Source: Piromyces finnis finn
Lineage: Eukaryota; Fungi; Neocallimastigomycota
Reading direction: 5' to 3'
DNA: 64,000 bases
Assembly (NCBI GenBank): GCA_002104945.1
Contig: MCFH01000009.1
Coordinates: 1,141,782 to 1,205,781 of the forward strand
Part shown: positions 53,107 to 64,000 of the stretch, one piece after another
Layout: each line of letters opens with the position of its first letter
Numbering within the stretch: the stretch's first letter is position 1
Translations under genes and position numbers: made by a program
The notes under the pieces: model-generated
Database searches by the model: none
Told to the model about the DNA's origin: nothing
What the model saw: only the letters and a program-made list of their open reading frames with translations

Positions 53107-56100
53107 TTAAGCGTCAATTTCACCAGACATGATGACTAATTTTAATATAATAATAATATATATAATAATAAAAATTATTAATACTGAAAAATATTATATA
53201 TGTTTAATTAATATACTTACCATCATCAATCTTTAAAATCATTTTAACAAGTTGAGTAGCTAATAAATATTGTTGACGTTTTGAAATCAATGGATCGTAG
53301 ACAAATTGATCACGCATATCTATAAAATAATTTTAACAAAATTTTATTAATATTAATTTATTAATAAAAAGTAATTAATAGAGCATACCATTGTTTCCAG
53401 TTAAGTTACAGTCAACACCAAGACGTGGGTTATTTTCCTTAACTTGTCTTGATTGGACTTCGGCTAAAGTTTCAATTGGAGAAAGACCACTGTTTTCAGC
53501 TAATGCTAATGGAACACTTTCTAAAGCAGAAGCAAATGATCTCATAGCGTATTGTTCAATAGATGATATCTATTATTTAAAAAATTCAATTTTTTTTTAA
53601 AATGTTAATATTCATTATTAAATTTAGAAACATATAAATAAAAATAATAAAATAAAATCATTGTGTATAAAAATTAATATTTACTTCATCAGCATGCTTT
53701 TGAATTTCAAGGGCACAAGAAATTTCAGCAGCACCACCACCGTAAACAATACGATTATCACGAACAAGGTTTCTAACAGCACAAATTGCATCATTCAAAC
53801 TACGTTTGGCTTCATCAATAATCTATTAAATTAATTATAAACATGTTTTAATAAACAAATCATTTATATTTCTATTTGCAATATTTTAATTATTTGAAAA
53901 TTACCATTTTATTACCACCTCTAACGAAAATGGTAACTGCTCTGGTATTAGCACATTCTTCAATAACAAGCATTCTATCTTTAGTAGTACCAAAACTAAT
54001 TTCACGAACAATACCAGCGTGACCTAATTTTTCTGGTGATAATTCTTCAAATCTTGGAACGATACGACCGTTAGTAGCAATAGCGATTAACTTAATTATT
54101 TAAAAGCATATCAATTTAAAAAAAAATAAATAAATAAATTAAATTCATTATTAATATTTATTAATTGTATGGAAAAAAAAATAATATAATAAAATATTGT
54201 TATTTTTATAAATATATAATGATACATACTTCAATTTCTGGTCCACCAACCCATCTACATGCTGGTAAATTGTTTTGATATAATAAGTGATTAGCTTCAT
54301 CATCGAAACCCCATTGACAAATAGCAAGATTTGCACCACAGTCCTTAACTTGTTTAACCATTTCTTCAAACTTTTCCATTTCATAACTTTGAAGTTTTTT
54401 GTATTCTTCAACACTTGTAATATCTAACTTATGTTTAGTCTTTGGCTTTGGTGGTTCGAAAGGACAAGTAAGAATAGCAATTTTAGCATCCTTAATTTCC
54501 TTTGGCATTTGTGGGTGAGACATATCTTTGTCAATAATAACACCATATACTAATCTTGAATCAACTAAAGAACCACCAAGTTTACCATCGATTTTAATTA
54601 ATTCGAAATCAACATCTTTTCTTTCTAAATCAGCAACAGATAAAACAGCATCAACAGCCATTTTAGCAAATTGATCGTGGCACTTAGAAACACTTTATCC
54701 ATAATGATTTTACGAAATAGTAATATTATATTAGGATATTTTTAAAATATTTTAATATGATATAATATTTTGTTAAAATAATGAAGTTCATATAATGATA
54801 TTTATAATAATTTATATTAAACTTTAATTTTCAGTTGTTATTATTATTTAATTTTTTTGCTGTAATATTTATTATTTTTTATGAAATTTAGATTTTACTA
54901 GTAATTTTTAATATAATAATACTACTTACATCTTAGAACCTAAAGAGGTCTTAGCAGTTTTGAATAAGTTTTCGGTATGATCCTTATCAAATTCAATAAC
55001 ATCAGAAACCTTTTCTAAATGTTGAACTGCAATGTTACAAGCTCTTTCGTAACCATCGGCAATACGGATTGGGTGAATACCACGATCTAATAAAGCTTCA
55101 GCTTGTTCTAAAAGAGCCCCAGCTAAAACTATTATAATATTCCAAACAATAAATATTTCATAATATTAGTGCAAATATTATTAATAGCTGTAACTGAAAA
55201 TAGTATTTAAATACATATATTACAAATGTTTAGGAAATAACTAATTATACTTACCAACAACACCAGTTGTACCATCACCGATTTCATCATCTTGACTCTT
55301 TGATAATTGAACTAATAATTTAGCAATTTGATGTTCAACTTCCATTTGATCAAGAATAGTAGCACCATCATTAGTTACAGTAATATCACCATCTGGAGAA
55401 ATAAGAATCTTATCAAGACCTTTTAATATATTTAAAAAAATAGTTTAAAATTTACTAATTTAATTTCATATATATATAAATAACAAAATATATATTAAAT
55501 TCTATACCTTTTGGACCAAGTGAACTTTTTACAATATTAGCGACAGTTTTAGCAGCTAAGATATGAGACTGTAAATTGAAATATATATGTAAATAGAATA
55601 TTTTAAAAAAAAATGAATAATTACTTTTCCATTTTCTTATTATTCAATCTTTTGCAATTTCTGTATATACCTTCATAGCATCAAGTCCAGTAAGTCTAGT
55701 CTTTTTACCTTGTTCTCTAATAATGATGAATGGTCTTCCATATTCATCAGTAGCTATATGTAAATAATGTTAACATTCCAATATATTTTAGTATTTTTAT
55801 AGGCATAAATAAACAGTATAATATTTTATATTTAATTAAAAACTTCAGCAAGATTAAAAATTAAATTTGAATTTTTATATGTGATCTCTTTAAAATTTAC
55901 AGATTATTATATTATAATATTAATTATTTTTGTCTTATTTTTGATTGAATCTAAATTTCGCATTTTATCTTAAGTTTTTTTCTTTTTTTTTTTTTTTTTT
56001 TTTTAATTTTACTTTATTTCATTTATTCAAATGTTAATTACAAGAGAGAAAATAATATTTTTTTTTCTCAATGATGAACTTATTATATTTTTTAATTCTC

Positions 56101-56393
56101 TTTAATTATAGATGTATAGTTAATTTTAATTATTTAATCATGGATTTTTACAGTATTTTATTTAGTATGTGTATTGTTTTGTTTTTGGAATAAAATATAA
56201 TATTGTTTCTGTTATTGATATACAGAAAATGCTGATAATAATATTGATATTAAAAGCTTTCCTAAGAATGAAATGAATCAATGAAACATTAAAATGGTAA
56301 CAACATACAATTATATAACACCAATTAAAAAATAAAAAAATAAAAATAAAAAAAATTAATGCTGAACTGACCATAGACAGCGTTTCCACTCAT
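53107..56393 (-). CDS. CCT5: Chaperonin CCT/TRiC subunit epsilon, multi-exon
   Basis: Spliced translation: [23 protein letters not shown]...[28 protein letters not shown]...[11 protein letters not shown]...[12 protein letters not shown]...[11 protein letters not shown]...[11 protein letters not shown]...[17 protein letters not shown]. Confidence 0.97.
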
Positions 56394-57349
56394 AGTTTTC
56401 TATCAATATTTGCTTATATTTAATTAAAGTCTATAAATAATAAAAAAAATTTGAAATTAAATAATTCAAACTTTTTTAACCAAAATATCTTTAAAAGAAA
56501 AAATAAAAAAAACTATAATTTTTTTTATAATTTTTATTAATAATTTGCACTATTAATAATGAATATTAATCTAATTAAAAAAAAACTATTCTTTTTTTTT
56601 TTTATTGTACAGTATTATCCAACTAATAATAAATCGAACTATAATTTAAAGTAATATATGTAATAATTAATCTTTATATATTTATTTAATTTATTTTAAT
56701 TTATTTTAATTATTAAAAATGTATTTAACATTAATTGTTTTTTTTCATTATATATTGTAAATAATTAATATATAAATTTATATAGAATAAAAAAGAAAAA
56801 AGTCAAAAGAGATCAATTACATTAATAAAAACGATTACATTAATAATGTACATATCAAAGAGTAATGTAATTAAAAGCTTATAAACTAATTTTTAAATTA
56901 TAAATATATATTTTATTAATTCACAAAAATATATATTAAAATCAACTTTTAATATTGTAATATCTTTTTTTATTTCAGTATAACTATTACTAAATGTTAT
57001 ATCACAGAATAAACTTTTCATTCATAGTAAAAATGGTAGTTTTATATATTCAGTAAAAAACTATAAATTACATTTAAAACTTAAAATATCTATTTGATGA
57101 TACATTATTGTTATTAATAACAATAGTCATTAATGATTAACATAGGGAGTATATATACTTCTTAACGATTTAATTTAATTCATTTGATTTTTATATATAA
57201 TTATGATAATTTAAAATTATATCTTATCATTTCAAAATTTTTGTTTTTTAATGTATTTTTTAAGGAAATAAAAATAAATAGAAATTAGAAATTAAAATAT
57301 AGCATGTAGTTTAAACTATATGTCTTTTAATTATTTATATGTCCCTTTG

Positions 57350-57381
<32 letters not shown>

Positions 57382-58977
57382 GCATTTAAAAAATATTAAA
57401 TTTAGCTAAAATTTTAGTAGCCGTGTAACATGAAATATATAATTTTAATAATAAGTTTTTATAAAATAAAAAAGAAAAATTTAAGAAATTTGTAATTTTC
57501 CGTTAAAAAACTAGGTCAAAATACTTTTTATATTTTAATACTAAATAATTATCACATAAAAATTTTATAAAATAAAATGTTTCAAAAAAAAAATTCAATA
57601 ATACAATAACTTTAATTATATATTTTTTTTTTCAGGAAATAATTGTTTTAATATTTTAGATGTTACATTGAAACTTAAATAATACCTATATATGATATAT
57701 TTTAACATTAATTTATAAATAATTTATAATAAATAAGTAATAAAAAAAACTATATTAAATTAACTATTTGTTGGTCATCAATTTTCCATATATATATTAA
57801 TAATAATAATTTTATTTTAATTTATACAATGGAGTAAGAATTATAATATTAATATCATTAATATTAGATAATAATATTATTATTACTAAGTACCTTTTTT
57901 TTTTCAAGACAAAAAATAATGAAAAAACTATTTTTATTCCATAAAATAATATTAATATAGCATTATGTTTTTTATATATTTTATATATAATTTCTACATT
58001 ATTATATTTGGTTTAATTCATTATTTATTTCATTTGATTATTTAAAATATTAATTAAAGTTTTTTTTTTAAAATTAAAGTTTTTAAACATTTTTTTTATT
58101 ATTATTTGTTATAATTTTTTAGTTATAAAAGAAAAAAAAAAGTATATAATGGGATTATATCATAAAAATAACTTTATTTTATACTAATTATTTTTTAATA
58201 TTCAATATAATGGAATATCAAGTTTCTTATCTTTTCTCTTTTTCAGTTTCTTCACGTTTTTAAGTTATTTATTTATATTTTATTATTCTTGAAATTTTTA
58301 TCTTTAAAAATTTTATGCTATTAAAAATTTATTTTAAATAAATAAAAATATACTGTATACTTTCAAACATTTTATTTATTATTATATTAATAGGAAATTT
58401 TTGTTTTTCACTATATATATCCTAATTCCATTACTCCTAAAGAAGTTAAATAATTCACATTTTATTGATATTCTTTTGGATTATAATAATATATATATTA
58501 TTTTAATTTTTATTATATATATTATATATGGAAATAGTTTTATGCTTAAAAAAACAGCTTCTGCTAAATAATTGTAAATATTTCAAAAAAAATAAAAAAG
58601 GAAAAACAAGAAAATGAACAATAGTATATATATGTTGAATTTGAAATAATAGTTATTGATATTAAAAATAAAATATATGATAAATTACTTATATAAAAAG
58701 GAAGAATAATGAAAATAAATAAATAATAACAATAATAATTAATCAAATGAAATTTTGAAATTTATAAAAACAAAAATTAATTTAAAAATAATATTTATAA
58801 TAGATAAATTTTGTTAACTTATAAATTAATTCAAAATTTATTTAATTTAACATATTACAAATACCTATTTTCATAAATATATAAAAGGAAAAATATTAAT
58901 AATATCTATTATCTTTATTACTATTATTATTTATTTATTTACTTATTTTTTTTTAATATTAATAATAAATAAAGAAA

Positions 58978-61900
58978 ATGTCTTTTGAAAACGTCTATCG
59001 ATATACTACAGAAAGTATTAATTTATGTAATGATGTATTGAACTTTTATCAAAAGAAAAAAGATATAGAATTTCAATTTTCCCAATCATTATGTAAGCTT
59101 AAAAAAAATATCATATTTTAATATATAAAAATGTTTAAATTTATATAGTACAAATTTATATTTTATATAATAAAGTAATTTTTTAAATATATATTAAACC
59201 ATAATAAATATTAAAACTAGCAAATCTATGTCAAACATATAAAAGTCAATATTATAATATAATAAATCAACAACAGAATACCCCAGAATTACAAATAAAA
59301 TCTCATTTATTACAAAAGTAAAGATAAAAAATAACATTTCTTAATAAACATTTTTATATGGATTTAATATATTTAATACTTGAATGCATATACATAATAA
59401 TTATTATTTAGCACATTATGGAAAACATTCATAAATCAAATTGAGGAGTTTGACCAAATTGCTAGATATCATGTATTTTTTTTTTTTACTATTAAGTTAA
59501 CTATTATTAAAAAGAAAATATAGTAAAAAATATATATATATATATAATAATAAACACCAAAATAAAATAGAGAACATTGGCAGTATCTTATGAAGATTCA
59601 ATTATTAATCCTTTATATAATGATATCGAAGATATGGAGACAAGTCAAAAAAAGGTAGTTATTTTTTTTTGGAAATTATAATATTTATAAAACGAACTTT
59701 GTATTTATTTTAAAATAAAATAAAGATCGTAGATAATGGATTAGAAAAAGTTAAAACTTTACAAAATGCTTATACAGAACTGAAAAGAGTAAAAATAAAA
59801 TAATAATATTATAAATTTAAATTTTTGTGAGATGGTATTAATAAATATTAATATATGATTTTCTTTTATTTTATATAATATATCAAACAAATTTAATTTA
59901 TTTTATTATTATTACAAATATAATTTTTTTGTCACACCAAAACCAAAAATTAGAAAAAAGAAATGTATAAGGAAGCCCAAGATGCTGCAAAAGAAGCTGC
60001 TGAAGCACATAATAAAGGATTAAATACATATAATATAAAAGATAAAGAAATGGAAAAAGTAAATATTTAGAATAAATAAACCAAACATTTTTAAATCCAC
60101 TTACAAAATAGAGTTTTAAATTGTATAATTATATAATATTTAATAATAATTTTAACAGTTGACCGCTAAATATCAATTATGTTTAGAAAAAGTAAATTAT
60201 GCAAAAGATGGCGTCAGTATTTGTGAAAAAATATGTAAAAAACACCAAGAACAATATTATTTAAGTGATCTACCAGTAATCCTTGAAGTAATTGATTACA
60301 TTATGTTAATAAATTAACTTATTGTTAATTTTATAACTATACTAATTTATACTGTTCACTTTTCATATAAATTTGTTTAATTTAAAATTATTATTATTAC
60401 TATTAATATTATTTATATTATAATAATAATAAAATGGCAATAGAATTTAAAGTCAAAAGAAGAAGAAAGAAATTATAATTTAAAAAAATTATTCACTGAA
60501 GCAAATAAAATCGAGAAGTTGTCTATTCAATATATTATTAATATTACTAATTCAGTTGCCGAAGGATTAAAAGATATCGATGTTCCAGGAGATATTGATA
60601 ATTTCACTCAACAATATGTAACTACAATATTTAGTTTATATTTTTGATATTAATTTCATTATTAATCTAATAAATAACATAAATATAAATTAGATGTATT
60701 CATTTAATCATGATTCAGATATATCTGTTCGTAGTTTAATTAATCCCGAAAAGGCTGGAAGAATGAATGTACATAAAGATTCAGGATCAATGGAATGGAA
60801 AACAAGATACTTTGTATTAATGTCTAAACATTTTCGATTATATTGTTTTGAAAGTGAAGATGTACATAATAAAAATAAAATATATAATTATATAGATATA
60901 AATGATAATTAAATATACTAAAAAATAATTACTAAAATTATATAATATTAATTATAATATTAATTATAATGAAATATATTTTTATTTTTTAATATATTTT
61001 ATAACTGGGTAATAATAAAATATATTCTCAAATATATTTATTTATTCATTTTATTATCGCAAAAAAACTAGTCTGTAAAACCAAAAGAAATTATTGATTT
61101 AAATGATGTATCAATTCATTTATTGGATGATAGCTATTTTAACATGCCTAATTCATTTCAAATTGTAGTATATAATAATATTATGGATAAAACAAGAAGA
61201 AAAGCATTTGCTTATTATCTTGTAGCAGAAACTGCTACTGATAGAGAGGAATGGTTTACACGTATTCGTGATATCGCTTATTGTTGTCAAAGATGTAATA
61301 TCACTAAAATGATTTTATATGAATATAATAAAAATATCAAAGGATATAATAATAATAATCAAGCACAAGCTCTTAAAAAAAAATCAAGTGGAGTATCTGA
61401 TGTAAGTTATTCAAGAGGTAATAGTCATAATTTAGACTGTAATTGTACAAATAAAAACTTAAGCACCAGTATTATAAGTAATGGTAGTAATATCCCTTTA
61501 TCCCTTAATAATAATAATGAAAACAATGAAAATAATACAATATTAACAGAACAATTTAAAAAAACATTTGAACCTGAACTATCTGAAGAAAAAAAAGACA
61601 AATCATTGATTACATTTGCAGAAGCATTGGATTGTCAATTAGTATTTTTAAATGATGAAGATAATATAGAATCAGTATCTGAAGCTGCAAAGAGGTCATC
61701 ACCAGCTTCAAATAACTGTTCCCAATATTCACTTAATAAAACCTCGATAAAATCACCACGTAATTCTCAAATTATATTACAAAATTCGCACGAAGAGCAA
61801 CAAAATAATAATATGAAAAGTTCATCATTTGCACAACGATTCTACGAAAATACTGTCAAAGATAAAAAATTAAACAGATATAGTACTAGTTTTCTTGAAT

Positions 61901-64000
61901 CACCAAAATCAAGTATAAATAATAATTTAAAAAGAGAAATTAGTATAGACATTAATGGAAATAATGGTAGTAATTTAAAAAAAGATTCATCCTTCTTTAA
62001 AATGATTAAATCTAATACTAAAAATACAAATATAAATAATATAGTTAGTTCAGTTTCTGAAGGAAGTATTGATAATCTTTCATGTTCACTATCTAAGCAA
62101 AATTGTCGTTTCTCAATTATAAGTAATGTCTCACCTTCTAAAATGTCACAATACTCAATGTCTACTCATGTTAACACTAATACATCTGAAGATAATTTGA
62201 ATAATATGTTTAATTACCTAAATGATAAAAATAAATATAGAATTAATCGTAATATTAAATTATGCATATTGGAAGCCAGAAATCTCTATCCAAATGAAAA
62301 GAAAAAGAATATAGAGTCATATGCTTATATATTTTTTGATGATATTGTTCAAGCAAAAACATCTAAACAATTAGGATCAAATCCATTCTGGGGTGAAGAA
62401 TTTAACTTTGAGCATGTTTTACCATGTTTAGATAATATTCACATTATTATATGTCAACAACATCGCGTTAGTAATGATTCTGAAATAGGACATATCATAA
62501 TTCCTATTAATAAACTACATAGTAACAAAAAAATTGAGGAATGGATACCAATAATGCAATTAAATTCAAATAATGAAAATTTTAATGCTTCTATTAGAAT
62601 AGGTATTACTCTAATAGATGAACATATATTACCAATAGAAGATTACAATGAATTTATTGATTATGTTTTCCAACCTTCACTAGAACCTGTCATTCGACTA
62701 GGAAATGTTGTTCAGCAAAGAGATGAATTCTCCAAAACAATTCTATATATATTAATGGATAGACAAAAAGAAGTTGATGGAATAAAAACATTAGTGTCAT
62801 TAGAAATCAAAAATACAGATGATCCTAATATTATTTTTAGAGGTAATTCTTTAACAACTAAAATTATTGATCAATATATGAAATTAATTGGTAATCGTTA
62901 TTTGAATAACACCTTGAAAAGGCAAGTACAAAATGTATATGCCACAAAAGAATCATGTGAGGTAGATCCATCTAAAATAGATAAATCAGAGGATATCAAA
63001 AAACATTGGAAAAAATTATTAGGATATGTGAACAACTTTTGGGATGCTATTCGACAAAGTGTAAATAAATGCCCATCAAAACTAAAGGAAATCTTCAATT
63101 TCACAAAAATGGAAGTAGCAAAAACTTTTGAAAATGAGAATACAGTTCAATATTCATCGATCAGTGGTTTTATATTTTTACGTTTCTTTTGCCCCGCTAT
63201 TCTATCACCAAAATTATTCGGTTTAGCTGAACAACATCCAGATCCAACCACCGCAAGAACTTTAACCTTAATTGCAAAAATTCTGCAAAACTTAGCAAAT
63301 TTAACCGAATTTGCTAGTAAAGAACCACATATGAGTGAATCCAATAATTTTATTAAAAATCATATCAATGAAATGAAATGCTTCATTGACGCCATATCTA
63401 TTTCCCCGGGAAAACAAGAAGAAAATTCAGATGTTGACTTTGACTTACGAACGCAATGTGAAAAATTCTATCGATTCTGTAGAAGTAATAGTAGATCCTG
63501 TTTCAATTCAAAAGATCCAGATGACAAAAAATTATTAGACATCATTCAAAATATATCCAATATACATATTAAATACAGAGAAGATCTATTGAATTATCAA
63601 ATATCTTCGGACGATAAATCAATTAGAAAAATATTAAATAATTCTGAAACATCGCTTTACGATTTAATTAATGAAGAAGAAAGTAATGGAGAAGCTAAAA
63701 TGTGTAGTAATAATGGGTCTATTAAAAAAGAACTAAGTAACTTTATTATAGATGAATATACCAAGAATGAAATAGATGATTCATTAAAGAGCATTATATA
63801 TACTATTAGAAGATTCTCAGCACAATATAATAAAAAAGATAATACCAAACGACAATATAATACCATCACTAAAATGACAGGACTAAATCAACATTTACCA
63901 TATATGGAAGATATTTTCAATACTAGTAATAGATCATCAATTAATAATGGAAATATTAGCAACGACATTTATAAATTAGAAGAAAATGATAGTAAAAGTA
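58978..64000 (+). CDS. F-BAR(FCH)-PH-C2-RasGAP multidomain protein, 3'-partial; the last exon (61072 to the window end) is not in the ORF track
   Basis: F-BAR: FYQKKKDIEFQFSQSL...TLWKTFINQIEEF...IINPL...LPVILENLKSKEEER. PH: EWKTRYFVL...LYCFESED|SVKPKEIIDL...NSFQIV...YYLVAETATDREEWFTRI. C2: IKLCILEARNL...KTSKQLGSNPFWGEEFNF. RasGAP: IFRGNSLTTKIIDQYMK, SGFIFLRFFCPAILSPKLF, RTLTLIAKILQNLAN. Confidence 0.9.

Overview
Very AT-rich, intron-dense eukaryotic DNA. The composition, the poly-Asn/AAT microsatellites, the fungal-type genes and a centriolar gene (FOR20/CEP20) suggest an anaerobic gut fungus (Neocallimastigomycota); this is inferred, not searched. I spliced 13 genes by hand using GT..AG boundaries and protein motifs, in order: a 5'-truncated ZFC3H1/Red1-like protein, ATG5, a 14-exon M20 amidohydrolase, FOR20/CEP20, acetolactate synthase (ILV2), EFM7 methyltransferase, an HROB/DUF4539-like OB-fold protein, PIG-M/GPI14, an uncharacterised multi-CxxC protein, KNL1/Spc105, a ~2,900-aa BRCA2, CCT5, and a 3'-truncated F-BAR-PH-C2-RasGAP protein. 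The standouts are: (1) BRCA2 with 11 near-identical 150-bp/50-aa BRC repeats, an FxxG motif in place of FxxA, and a ~560-aa extension after OB3; (2) the F-BAR plus RasGAP domain fusion; (3) an ILV2 organellar presequence in a probable hydrogenosome-bearing organism; (4) a perfect 28-bp intergenic inverted repeat whose loop can pair downstream; (5) poly(A)-AG splice acceptors and 10-11 nt microexons. I saw no rRNA, tRNA, CRISPR array or intact transposon. Many ORF-track entries are antisense shadows or microsatellite artefacts, and exon coordinates are manual estimates.
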